A program made the position numbers and the translations under genes. A stretch of DNA of 64,000 nt from Octopus sinensis (Eukaryota). This document shows positions 12,893-26,344 of the stretch, in pieces (position 1 is the first letter of the stretch; each line of letters starts with the position of its first letter). The DNA is taken from positions 80,166,001-80,230,000 of the forward strand of contig NC_043000.1 in NCBI RefSeq assembly GCF_006345805.1, written 5' to 3'. Below the pieces are notes generated by a model that made no database searches, was not told the DNA's origin, and was given only the letters and a program-made list of their open reading frames with translations.

Positions 12893-13622
12893 TGAATGTC
12901 TGCTTTCCATGCTGGCATGGGTTGTACATTTTGACAGGAGTTGGCAAACCAGAAATCAGCACTAGGCCAGTACACAACTCTCTTTCCCTCCAGATGTCAC
13001 AACCTTCATATTCCACCACACCAAGAGTGGGAGAGCCATGAAGGTGTCTATGTTTGCTTAAGACACCATAGACAATTAGTAAAACTATGGTACAGGATAC
13101 CAAGTTATACATACTTGCAAGTGATTGCTATGGCTTTTAGTTTTTCATTTTGCCCATATAAACACAGACTAGTTTTAGTTCACTACCTTATTAGTTGGTT
13201 TGTCAAAGATTTTCATTACCATCAGTAATATTCTTAACAGGTTCTCCCAAACTGTTTCTGTTTGGATGTTTGGTCTTTATGAATTAGTGGTGGTAAGTCT
13301 ATGTGCATAAGGATGGGTATGGATGTATTTCTGATTGTGTTCAGGTGTGGTGTTATGCATAATGCATAGGTTCTGTGGCGATGTGGCTGTGTGTGTGTGG
13401 GGGGGGTAGCTTTATATTTCATTTTTCCTTTACTTGGATTATGATAGTAATAAGTGACATAACAGTTGATGTTGTCTAAATTCCAATTAAAGTGTCTTGT
13501 TTATGGGTTGGAGGTAGATTCTTTATGGGAGGGAAATGGGAAAAATTGAGCCAGAAGATACATAAGATACATAGAAATGTACATACAAACATACATGCAT
13601 ACACACACATGCATACGTGCAC

Positions 13623-13653
<31 letters not shown>

Positions 13654-13748
13654 CGCATGCATAAATACTTTCATAATACATTTATATTTACATAGATTCT
13701 TACACACACACACACGTGCACACACACACGTGTACACACACACACACA

Positions 13749-13788
<40 letters not shown>

Positions 13789-14135
13789 CATAGATGCAAA
13801 CATTACATGCACTTATGCTTGCAAATGTTACACACAAACATACATACATATATATACACAAGCCTAAGGTTCATAAGGAAATGGGAAATACGATTGCATG
13901 ATACACATGTTTTTCCCAAATCCATTACTAATCTAAGTGAACGGAAATATTTACACCTGGGAATCAAATCCAGGCTGCAGAGTTGCTTTGCCTGAAGCCA
14001 ACCTCTTTCTCTGTGGTGTTTAGGCTGGATAAATAAAATATAATACATACACACATGCACACACATACACAAATATAGACCCATGCATAAACAGACAGAC
14101 AAACATGCACACACACATATATATACATGTATATA

Positions 14136-14188
<53 letters not shown>

Positions 14189-14975
14189 AGTATATATGTT
14201 TTTACATATGTATATAATACATATATATATATACACACACACACACATGTATATATTTGTATGTATATACATATGTATATAATACACACACATAGACTTA
14301 AAGTTTTGCAGGCTTCAAACAGAAACCTGGCTCGTTTAGGCTTAGATTACCATAATCTAAGTCACATGGAGCCGAATAAATAACATTTTAAATAATAATG
14401 ATAGTAATAATGTATACATATATATATATATATAAATATATATATATCAACCACATACATATCAACCACATACACACACACAATGAGAACAATATCAACA
14501 ACAATGGACATACACATGCATGCTTTGCATACTTGTGTGACTTTAGCTCTGTTTATAGCTATATCATCATAAATATATAATTGGACTCACTTAAAAACCT
14601 GTCTCTCTTCTCATTATCAACTCACACATACTCACATATGCACAAGCACACACACATACCCTGTCCCCATGTAATATACTCAGGAGATCACATAAAAGAA
14701 CCTCGAGATCAATACATGACCAGCTAGAAATAGCAGCCAAATTTTCCTCTAATCATATTTCCAGCGTCTTTAAGCAAAGTCAATAGATCTGTTAGGTTGT
14801 TTTTCAGTTTTCTCAAACAATTGAAATATCTATGCACAAAATTATATACAATTAACTGACATACATATGTACTCTTAATGTAATTCTGAAACAGACTTAC
14901 AGGTACAATACATGTGTGTGTTTGTGTGCATAAATGTGTATGTATGTATATGTATACATACATACATATGTCTGC

Positions 14976-15019
<44 letters not shown>

Positions 15020-15092
15020 ACCTGCCTTAACTTGCTTATCCTTATATTTATTTCTCTACCCACTCAAGTTTAAACCTCTTGAGCACTACTAA

Positions 15093-16260
15093 GTGTGTTC
15101 TATACAGAGAACATCTGATTCTCATCTGGAGATAGAAATGATGTTTGGAGACAGCAGAAAGAGGACACTCACTTGGAAACTGATTACCCTAAAGCAGGAA
15201 CTAAAAGCTGTCAGTGAAAAACTCAGTCATCAGAAGAGAATAACGAAGAGAAGAACAATAAACAAAAAATTTAACTGCGACCAGGCAGCAGTATACAGAG
15301 ACATGAGGGGAGGGGTAATAAATATCATGGAAGCTCCTTCATGAGAAGACAGACTCCTTCTGGAGGAAAATCTGGAGTGAAGAGAAGGAATTTAACCAAG
15401 ATGCTCTGTGGCTGGAAGAAATCTGTAAAAGTTATTGCTCCTGCGTTACACCCAAGACATACAACATTGATGGTGAAACTCTTGCAAGTGTGATCCAGGA
15501 TGGAAAAGCACCTGGAAGAGACTTGATTGTTGGATATTGGTAGAAGAAGCTAACATTCTACTGACCATATCTTATCAATCTGTACCAGCAAGCTTTCATT
15601 GGAAACAGTAGCATACCACACTGGCTAGCTCTGGCAGAGATAAAATTGATCCCCAAATGCAGAACCACCCACATGGTAAAAAAACTACCAGCCAATTGCA
15701 TGTGGGAACTTTATGTTCAAACCTCTTCCTCCAAGACCATTGTGAAACCAATAACATTATCACAACAGAACAAGCAGCTGGGAAGAAGGGAGTCTGGAGA
15801 TGTGCTGCACAATTCCTAATCAACAAAACAGTGATGTCAGAGGTGTGGAAGTATAGGAGGAACCTAGTTTCAATGTGGCTAGATTACAAGAAAGCCTTTG
15901 ATTCTTTCCCACTCATGGATGCTAGAAGCCGTTCAACTTGTTAAAGGTCCAGTGAGAATAGTCAAAGCCATAGCTGACCTGACTTCATCGTGGGCCACCA
16001 TCTTGAAATCAAACACAATGAGTGACTGTATTATCACCGATAGAATACAATATTGCAAAGGCCTATTCCAAGGAAAACACCTCTCTGTGATGTTGATTAT
16101 ACTTTCTGTAAATCCCTTGTCATTCATGTTAGGAAGTCTGAAGGATATCTCACTGGTTCACAAGGAAACAGAAATACCAGAATTACACACTGATTCTTTG
16201 TGGATGACTTACAACTTTATGCAAAAAATATGCACAAGAGGAAAAAGAACCTTGATCTAG
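15093..16260 (+). pseudogene. R4/Dong-like (RLE-clade) non-LTR reverse transcriptase fragment, frameshifted
   Basis: EQAAGKKG...RRNLVSMWLDYKKAFDS, HSW, KGLFQGKHLS...NPLS, and a downstream FVDDL-like motif. Confidence 0.8.
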
Positions 16261-16289
16261 TTACAACATTTATTTATATCTAGTTACAA

Positions 16290-17130
16290 CATTTATTTAT
16301 ATCTGAAATTATACATTCAAATTATTTATTAATTATTATAATGTGAATATTTAATATTTAGTAGACATGCTCTTTGCATTTTTCAATGCCAGGACCCTTT
16401 TAGGCATGTTACTGACCAGATGATGAATATTCTCTTGTGGAATTTCTTGCCAAGTTTTATGCAATAATCTCAAAAGATCTGGCTTTGAAGATGCTTTCTT
16501 GATCGTTTTATGAAATGTCCTGTCCATTATGTCCCAGAGGTGTTCAATAGGATTCATATCATTAAGCTAGTGTTAGGAACATAAATTGTGACTAAGGTTT
16601 GGTGGGAGATTTTAATTCAGAACTTATGAAAACAAGACATTTGTACTCAGTGCCAGAGCCGGTTTCAGTTGGGTTGGTAACGAAAGGGTTAATACTATTC
16701 TCATCCAACAAATCTTGAGTCATTTTAGCCATGTGACAAGGAGCTCCATCTTCCATGAATAAAGAGTCTTCTTTTATCATTTCACCACTGGAGAAGATTG
16801 GAAGGAGTCCTTTCTGCAATATGGACACATAGTTATCTGAGATTATGTTTCTCTCACACTGCAGCAGCCCTGATCAACAATTTCTCTGAATTGTTCTCCA
16901 GACCAGAATAGCTACCATGTTTCATTGTTGGCTGCAATATTTTCACAGAGCTTCCAGACCCACACTTAACCACTGTCAGGAAAAACAGCAAATCTGAACT
17001 CATCAGATAATATGACAGTGGCCCAAAATGCTAGTGGCCTCTCAGCCATCTCATGGGCCCAATCTTTTCTCTGTTAGATGTTGGCTGCTCAAGGAAGTGG
17101 CTTCCTTCTTGCTGCTCCACCATAGTAACC
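16290..17130 (-). mobile_element. Tc1-like transposase remnant
   Basis: Fragments WATVILSDE, FMEDGAPCH, NPIEHLWDIM...SNMPKRVLALKNAKSMSTKY. Confidence 0.8.
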
Positions 17131-17501
17131 AAGTCAATTATATGCCTCTTGTTTATATGTCCCAATTTTTTCAAAATCTACTGCACAGATGCAGCTCTTC
17201 ATCAGCAATAAAATGCCAACTTTTAAAATTCGAAAATTATCCAAAAACTTACAATACTTAAATCATATCAAAGAGAAAAGGATATTAATAGAAATTTTCA
17301 CTTCCAGTGGCCTAGTGTGTAAAAATTTAGTCCAAAGACTATGTATTACTCATAAAATACAGTGTACATTTAAACACATAAGGAATCTACTCATGGGATT
17401 CATTATGCTAGAAAGAACAGCTAGGTTCCATAACCACAAAATTAGGGATAAAATCCCGAAAGGAACAAAATGAAAAAATAAAAACTTTTACCATCTAGTT
17501 T

Positions 17502-17575
17502 CCTGGACCAATTGGTTTCTGATTTTAGTTTAGCAAATAAAATAATATTCGCTAGGTGAAATCATCATCAACAGG
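17502..17575 (-). ncRNA. Type I hammerhead ribozyme, C3U core variant
   Basis: Minus strand: CCTG-TTGATGA-TGATTT...AAATCA-GAAA-CCAATTG-GTC^CAGG; perfect palindrome ACCAATTGGT. Confidence 0.7.
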
Positions 17576-17769
17576 TACACCTTAGATTAAATATATAAAA
17601 CACGAGGCAATCAATTATATACCTCTTGTTTATACATCCTAATTTTTACAAAATCTACTGTGCTGACGCAGCTACTCATCAGCAATAATTTTTTTATTGC
17701 TGACGAGAAGCTGTGTCTGCACAATACCCTTCGATATGATTATGTACATATAGATAGGTATATATATGT

Positions 17770-17852
<83 letters not shown>

Positions 17853-17886
17853 CCTATCTATATATCTATATATATATATATATATT

Positions 17887-18130
17887 GTTCAAAGAACACC
17901 TGGACAACTACATTGAAAGGAAGCCAAACTCCATCTTCTACCAACATGCTGTAGACTGCCACAAAGGATCCTTAGGGAAACTTAAGTTGAACATCCTATC
18001 AACACATCCCACCGATGCAATGTTGAGACAGGTCACAGAAGCTGTTTGTATACAAGAATACAAACCTACTCTCAACCGAAAATCTGAATGGAGTAACATC
18101 CAGATCCCATTCAGAAGGACTATTCTATAA
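17887..18130 (+). pseudogene. PLE GIY-YIG endonuclease C-terminal fragment
   Basis: LFKEHLDNY...FYQHAVDCHKG...ILSTHPTDAMLRQVTEAVCIQEYKPTLNRKSEW. Confidence 0.7.
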
Positions 18131-18519
18131 CCACCCCTCTCTCCCTCTCTCGTTTACTTGTAGTCCTTACATACAGGTTGCAATGTGTATGTGCAGTTAT
18201 ATATAACCGTATGAGCGTACGTTGTTTGATACGTACAGTTGCACTTAGGCGTTGTATCCATTCACAGTTAGACGATGATGAGAGGAACAAACACACACCC
18301 ACACATATATATATATGTGTATGCGTCTATACAAACATATATGTGAATATGTATACAACCTTCAACAAAGTAATAGTCATGTACACAACTTGGACGGACA
18401 CATGCCAGTACACGGACATACGTTCACATACACATGTACACACTCTCAGACACATCTGCCCATTCTCCTAGACACTCACATACATACGTAGCACATGAGT
18501 AGAAACATACATACCTACG

Positions 18520-18725
18520 TATGGGCATACACACGTACATACGCACGTACATGTACGCACACACATACATGGGCACATGCATACGTGCGCGTATACATAC
18601 ATACGCACGTATGTACATACATACATACATACATACATACATACATACATACATACATACATACATACATACATACATACATACATACATGCATACATAT
18701 GTGTATGAATACATACACACATACA
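18520..18725. repeat. (TACA)n-rich microsatellite
   Basis: Directly visible. Confidence 0.9.
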
Positions 18726-18779
18726 TACGTACATATATATGACGAACTAACTGTTACTTTCTCAGATGCAGCACGGATT

Positions 18780-18829
18780 TTTGTCAGTGAACAGGTCGCG
18801 GATTTTAGCGACGAAAATATTTTGACAAA
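18780..18829 (+). ncRNA. Hammerhead ribozyme with G3:C8 swapped core
   Basis: TTTGTCA-GTGAACA-G-GTCGC-GGATTTTA-GCGAC-GAAA-ATAT-TT^TGACAAA; perfect 7-bp stem I, perfect 5-bp stem II, palindromic AATATT. Confidence 0.7.
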
Positions 18830-18920
18830 TTAAACTTAAATGTTGAAGTGAATCGAACGGCTTTTGTGTTTCTTAAATGGCTTACAAACACCTTCCACGC
18901 TGCAATATATATTGTTGTTT

Positions 18921-18965
<45 letters not shown>

Positions 18966-19019
18966 ATGCGTGTGTATATGTGCATGTGTATAGAAAAGAG
19001 AACTGAAGAATATTAAAAA

Positions 19020-19865
19020 GGCTAAATTAAGACAGACACTGCTGGAAATTGAAAACAAAATTCAACTCTCTCATGAAATAGAAAGAGCAGAGAAGGTAAA
19101 GAGAGTTGTAGAAAGCATAAAAACAAACGTCATATCTTTCTATAAATTTGCAAAGGATACCGCAACAGTGCAGTACAAAATAGGACACCTGCTTCAATTA
19201 AATGGCACACTCACGGCAGACCCCAAAAGGATAAGTGAAGTGCTCAGTGTACAATTTAAAAGTGTCTTCACCTCTCCACTGGCTCACATGCAGATAAAAA
19301 AAACCCAGCTGATTTCTTTGATTATGCAATCCTGCAGTGTCCCTCAGGGAAATGTCTTAGAGCCATTACTGTTTATAGGAGCCCTCTTAGACATGCCCAC
19401 AGTCACTCAGACAGGCCCTGTCACTAGCTATGCCGATGATACAAAATTATCCCAGGCAATAAAGTATCCTAATGATGTCGTAAATCTGCAGAATGACCTA
19501 AATGCAATAGACAAGTGGGCAGAGCAAAACAATATGCAATTTACTGCTGAAAAATTTGAAGCATTGCACCATAAGATCACAAATGCTCCACAACTGACAT
19601 TTACAGGACCTGGAGGTACTGCTATGCCACTGCATAGTTCCGAAGGTACCGTATAATGCATCTAATATAAGAATCAGGTACTGCAATAGCCTAGGGTTCT
19701 TCAATGCTCTGCCAAAACAATTGAGAAACTTACATGATACAGATGTGAAAGTCTTCAAAAAGAAACTGGACACTCTTTTATCCACTATATCAGATGAACC
19801 AATAGCTTGACATGAGACTCAGTTGAGGGCAGCAGTGACAAATTCCCTCATACACCATACGTGCT
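19020..19865 (+). pseudogene. CR1/L2-like LINE ORF2 remnant, internally deleted
   Basis: SVPQGNVLEPLLF, YADDTK, LQNDLNAIDKWAEQNNMQF motifs. Confidence 0.85.
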
Positions 19866-20049
19866 ATCGACAATTTTGATGAGATCACATTAGTTGGAGG
19901 AGAGGAACAATGGAAGGATTGTGGTGAGGGTACAAAAATAAAGAGTGAAAAAAATCATGGTGGTACTCCACATGACTACAGCCACCTAGCTGAAACACAT
20001 AAAAGAATAAAAGAATATAAATATATATGTATGTATGTGTATATGTATG

Positions 20050-20121
<72 letters not shown>

Positions 20122-20227
20122 GTATACATACGTATATATGTATGTATATATATATATATATGTGTGTGTGTGCATATATGTATATGTATGTGTATATATA
20201 TTTATATATATATATGTATATATATAT

Positions 20228-20462
20228 ATCATCATCATCATCATCGTCGTTTAACGTCCGTTCTCCATGCTAGCATGGGTTGGACGGTTCGACCGGGGTT
20301 CTGGGAAGCCAGAAGGCTGCACCAGGCTCCAGTCTAATTTGGCAATGTTTCTACAGCTGGATGCCCTTCCTAACGCCAACCACTTCGTGAGTGTAGTGGG
20401 TGCTTTTTACGTGCCACCTGCACAGGTGCCAGGCGGGGCTGGCAACGGCCACGGTCAGACTG
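20228..20462 (-). mobile_element. SINE family C ((GAT)n tail, RTE-like 3' end)
   Basis: Plus strand CATCATCATCGTTTAACGTCCG...CTGGATGCCCTTCCTAACGCCAACCAC. Further copies near 7530, 12880, 23530(+), 24290, 24826, 31675, 34020, 44662 and 58560(+). Confidence 0.8.
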
Positions 20463-20527
20463 GTGTATTATACATATATATATACATATATACATACATA
20501 TATATATATACATATATACATATATAT

Positions 20528-20565
<38 letters not shown>

Positions 20566-20581
20566 GTATATATATATATGT

Positions 20582-20610
<29 letters not shown>

Positions 20611-20612
<2 letters not shown>

Positions 20613-21387
20613 AATATAGATATAAATATAATTAATGGTTTAGCAACAACTTGCTTCACCAACATACCGAAAATTTAGAAATAGCAGTCAAAAGCAGCTA
20701 ATTCTTTCAACTACAAATATAACTCCACAGACAGCAATACTTGTAACTCACATAGGCAAAAAGAAGAAAAAATAAGGAAATCAAACAGTCTACGATTAAT
20801 CAAATACGCGTTTTGGGATTAGAATTATAAAATTCATTTCCTTCTTCAGCATGATATTCCAAGAATTATAAATTTGAAAATGCTAAAACTTACCCATTGA
20901 AACATAACATAAGGTAATCAGCAATTCCAAACTTATATAGAAGTGTAATTCCATATATAGACGAGTAATTCCAGATAAGAGATATATATACATATATATT
21001 TGTATATATATATGTATATATATCTCTTATCTGGAATTACTCGTCTATATATGGAATTACACTTCTATATAAGTTTGGAATTGCTGATTACCTTATGTTA
21101 TGTTTCAATGGGTAAGTTTTAGCATTTTCAAATTTATAATTCTTGGAATATCATGCTGAAGAAGGAAATGAATTTTATAATTCTAATCCCAAAACGCGTA
21201 TTTGATTAATCGTAGACTGTTTGATTTCCTTATTTTTTCTTCTTTTTGCCTATGTGAGTTACAAGTATTGCTGTCTGTGGAGTTATATTTGTAGTTGAAA
21301 GAATTAGCTGCTTTTGACTGCTATTCTAAATTTTCGGTATGTTGGTGAAGCAAGTTGTTGCTAAACCATTAATTATATTTATATCTA

Positions 21388-21393
<6 letters not shown>
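20611..21393. repeat. Near-perfect palindrome (arms about 388 bp, centre about 21002) of a PLE-type repeat
   Basis: 20611-20998 is the reverse complement of 21007-21393. The mirror extends into the flanking microsatellites (about 20470-21530). Confidence 0.9.
21150..21206 (+). ncRNA. Hammerhead motif with G12A (AAAA); mirror copy at 20799-20855 (-)
   Basis: ATCATG-CTGAAGA-A-GGA..GAATT/AATTC..TCC-C-AAAA-C-GC-GTA^TTTGAT; palindromic ACGCGT. Confidence 0.55.
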
Positions 21394-21428
<35 letters not shown>

Positions 21429-21454
21429 TGTGTACATATATATATATACATATA

Positions 21455-21485
<31 letters not shown>

Positions 21486-21566
21486 ATATATGTATATATG
21501 TATATATATATGTATGTATATATGTATATAATATGTATATATGTATATATGTATATATGTATATAA

Positions 21567-21616
<50 letters not shown>

Positions 21617-21620
21617 ATAT

Positions 21621-21651
<31 letters not shown>

Positions 21652-21780
21652 TATGTATATATATATATGTATATATGTATATAATATATATATATATGTA
21701 TATATGTATATATATATGTATATATGTATACATATATGTATATATGTATACATATATACAAACTTATATATGTATACATA

Positions 21781-21811
<31 letters not shown>

Positions 21812-21819
21812 GTTGTTGT

Positions 21820-22640
21820 TGCTGTTTGTAAGAAAGATGATAAAGCTCTCTTTCAGTCAGGTAAATGGGCCTGCTCAATATGTAGGAAAGGAGTTGGAAG
21901 AAATTCCATTCTCTGCACTCAGTATAAACTATGGACACATAAAAGGTGCAGTGGAATCCTAGGTAGATTAACAGATAAAGTCGTCTTCGTATGTGGCAGA
22001 TGTGCAGGAACAATAAGCACTAAGAGAACACGTGACTTACATTCTCTCAAATGTTCAGGAGGCTCTCATGAGCTTCTAGATAGTTTCTGTTATGTAGGTG
22101 ACCAAATTAGCAATGGAGGAGGATGTTCTGAAAGTATTGTTTCTAAAACAAGAATTGGTTGGAGGAAACTCAGAGAGATATTACCTCAGAATGAAAGGTA
22201 GACTATATGGTACTTATGTGCAAACGGCTTTACTCCATGGTAATGAGACATGAGCTCTGAATGCAGAAGACATGTATAAACTTGAGAGAAATGTAGGTAG
22301 TATGCTCTGCTGGATGTGCAACATCAGTGTTCATGTACAAGAAAGTGCAAATGTGTTGAGAGAAAAGTTGGGCATAAGAGGAATCAAATGTAACATGCAA
22401 GAGAGCAGATTATGTTGGTTTGGACATGTCATGTGTATGAATGAAGACAGCGGCATAAAGAAATGCCAACCATGGAAAGTAGATGGTACCTACAGAAGAG
22501 GGAGACCCAGGAAGACGTGGGATGAAGTGGTAAGGACCAATCTCAGGATGTTAAGCTTCATGGAGGAAATGACAATAGACCGAGATGTCTGGTGATATGA
22601 AGTTTTTGAGAAGACCTGCCCAAGTCAGTGAAACTGAGTT
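21820..22640 (+). pseudogene. RTE-clade LINE 3' fragment with Cys/His finger insertion
   Basis: [50 protein letters not shown] motifs. Confidence 0.85.
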
Positions 22641-23856
22641 CTAGAAGAGCTGTGTGTCCCACCCACACTTAACAAGAAAATTTACCTCACACTCTTCCAC
22701 AACAAACCAAACTACATCTCTACACCTCTTCTCTTCCTCACATTTCCACTTCATGCACTATGCTTACCTCCCACTCCCCAATCCTGTCCTCTTGGCCCTG
22801 TGTCACTGTATCATTACTCTCTCCACTTGCTTCTGACCTGTGTGTTTCACCCACGTCCTGTTCCAATGTATCACTGCAATCTGCTAGCTACTGACCTGTG
22901 TGTTCCACACACCCTATCCCAACAAACCAACCTATATCTCTGCCTCATATTTCCTCATTCATACACTATGTCAATGCTCTCATTCCCCAATCCTGTCCTC
23001 GCATCCCTGTTTCTCTGTATCATTGCTATCCAGTAGTCCCCACCACCGGCTCTATACATACCCAGGCTTTCACCACTGACTACCCCCTCTGCACTCTTTA
23101 ATCACACTTCCTTCACAATATCCTGCTACTTATATTATGGATTTTGAACCTCAAGAGTATGCCCTGGCACTTGCCACAATTGGTATCTCTCTCTTCCTTT
23201 ACTCAGCCATCCCATTTATATTCTTATCCCTGTTCCTTATGAGTATGTCCGGCAGTTTGGCACCATCACTGTCCTTCTGTCTCCCACTCTCTCTGTGCCT
23301 TCCTCCTGCACTTCCCTCAGTGCACCTGTTTCTGTCTTCATTCTTGATCTCTCTCTCTCTTTCTCTCAGGCCTGATAACCTTGTACCTGCTCTATAGCAA
23401 GACACCTGTTTTTGTCTCTGCCTCACTATAACCTTTCATTGTCTGGCACAAGATCACCTCCTCCAATAGACCCTGCCCTCTCAAAAGAGTTTTTTTTTTG
23501 TCTTACAAGTACTTGATGACCCTGTCAATGCAGGTGCCACTTAAAAGCACTCAGTCCACACTGCAACGTGGTTGGCATGTAGAAGGGCGTCCATCTGTAA
23601 AAACCTTGCCTGTGCTTGTGCCCTGTAAAAAGGACTAAGTCCACTCTGCTGAGTGGGTTGGTGGTAGGAAGGTCATCCAACTGTAAAAATCCTGCCAAAA
23701 TAGTTACAAAAGACTGATACAGGTTTCTGCCTGGCTGGCTCTTGTCAAACCATTCCACCCATGCCAGCATGGAAGGCAGATGTTAAGTGATGATGATGAT
23801 GATGATGATGTTGATGATAATATATATGCATACATATATATAAATATATATATATT

Positions 23857-23887
<31 letters not shown>

Positions 23888-24127
23888 CATCATCATCATC
23901 ATCATCATCATACTTTGTTTTCTGACTTTATAATCATCTCATAATAATGACTTTTATGACTTTTATTACTACCTCAGTCCATCTAAATGTATGTATTTGT
24001 CGTTACCTTTCATAAAAAGCCTTTTTTTTATTTACAATGTGCATTTTCGTTAGTTTTTCATATTTTACTCTTACATTTCCATGTGTATTTTATATTTTCT
24101 TTTTATAACATATTTCTATCATATATA

Positions 24128-24173
<46 letters not shown>

Positions 24174-24236
24174 GTATATATATATATATGTATATGTATA
24201 TATATATATGTATGTATGTATATATATATATGTATG

Positions 24237-24280
<44 letters not shown>

Positions 24281-24283
<3 letters not shown>

Positions 24284-24696
24284 TCATCCTCATCATCATC
24301 ATTAACCTCCATTGTCCATGCTAGCATGGGTTGGATTGTTTGACCAGGACTGGAAAGCTCAGAGGTTTCACCAGACTCCCGTCTGATTTGGCACGGCTTC
24401 TACAGCTGGATGCTCTTTCTAATGCCGATATATATATATATATAGAGTTTTGGCCAGCTAACCCATTGTGCATAATAAATTTGTACTCTATAAATGTATG
24501 TAGAGTAACCCATCAAAGTAATGTAAAATTGTTAAGTTCCTTTTATTATTACAGAACATAAACACAAATATCAATAAATAGATAAATAAATATTTATATA
24601 TATAAATACATACATATATATAACGATATATATATATATAGATATATATATATATATATATATATATATCTATATATATATATATATATATAATAT

Positions 24697-24728
<32 letters not shown>

Positions 24729-24751
24729 GTATATGTATATATATATATATT

Positions 24752-24820
<69 letters not shown>

Positions 24821-25185
24821 TATATATCATCATCCTAATCATCATCATTTAACCTCCATTGTCCATGCTAGCATGGGTTGGATTGTTTGACCAGGACTGG
24901 AAAGCTCAGAGGTTTCACCAGACTCCCGTCTGATTGGCACGGCTTCTACAGCTGGATGCTCTTTCTAATGCCGATATATATATATATATAGAGTTTTGGC
25001 CAGCTAACCCATTGTGCATAATAAATTTGTACTCTATAAATGTATGTAGAGTAACCATCAAAGTAATGTAAAATTGTTAAGTTCCTTTTATTATTACAGA
25101 ACATAAACACAAATATCAATAAATAGATAAATAAATATTTATATATATAAATAATACATATATATAACGATATATATATATATAT

Positions 25186-25221
<36 letters not shown>

Positions 25222-25245
25222 ATATATATATATATATATATATAT
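24281..25245. repeat. Direct duplication (about 24281-24690 / 24826-25245)
   Basis: The copies differ mainly by single-base homopolymer indels and (TA)n length. Confidence 0.85.
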
Positions 25246-25246
25246 A

Positions 25247-25287
<41 letters not shown>

Positions 25288-26079
25288 TATTGATAGTCTT
25301 CCTACAGACACCTGCTTCTTTAACGTAAATTTCATACAGAATTAAGGTAACACTACATAATAAAACTGATATTTTGAAATGCAGGTACAGTCAATCCAAT
25401 GGGATTCCACATAGTTTCCATCTCCACAATTTCATTGACAAAGCTTAGCTATGGCAAAAGACAATTGATCAAACAAGATTGAACCTGGGACCTTGCAATT
25501 GTAATGTGAATGTTTTAACTACATGTTGTATTAATGTTGTATTATTATATATCATATACCCTTAAAAAGGGATGGATGGTCACAGCTGGAATGTCTTTGA
25601 TCAGTGGTTTGCTATATTAGGGTTGACCTAGAATTAAAACAATAACACCACGACGCCCACCACCAATAATACAACAATAATAACATATTGACACATGGCC
25701 TGTTTATCCTGCATTGAAAGTAATATTTTCAATTTAAGAACCATTCCATCAATTAGTTACCATTTATGGCTTGAAGTAACAATAAGACTCTAAGACTGTA
25801 ATTTTCCTGGTATTTGAAGCATGCCTCATAAAAATGTTGATCATGCAGTTAGAGTGTGAACAATTCATTTAATCATTAGAACTTCTATTAGACTACTTTA
25901 GTATCAAATCATTGGCAAGGAATTTCTACAGAATGCAATATAATCACACATTTACCAGTTCCATGAAAATATTTATGTGGCAGATCAGTTTTTCTATTGA
26001 ACCATTTAATGGTGCGGTACCGTAGCACCATAGCATCCCACTCAATGCCAGTGTTTCCAATACATTTACTAAATCTAAG

Positions 26080-26167
<88 letters not shown>

Positions 26168-26169
26168 GC

Positions 26170-26206
<37 letters not shown>

Positions 26207-26251
26207 GTCTATCTATCTATCTCTATCTATCTATCTATCTATCTATCTATC

Positions 26252-26341
<90 letters not shown>
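26080..26341. repeat. Compound (TCTA)/(TCTG)/(TC)/(TA) microsatellite
   Basis: Directly visible. Confidence 0.95.

Positions 26342-26344
<3 letters not shown>

Noticed and set aside
17130-17720. Three CTGA(T/C)GA-containing repeats with a small stem II-like hairpin
   Set aside because: No GAAA-helix III-UH-stem I arrangement pairs correctly; at best decayed.
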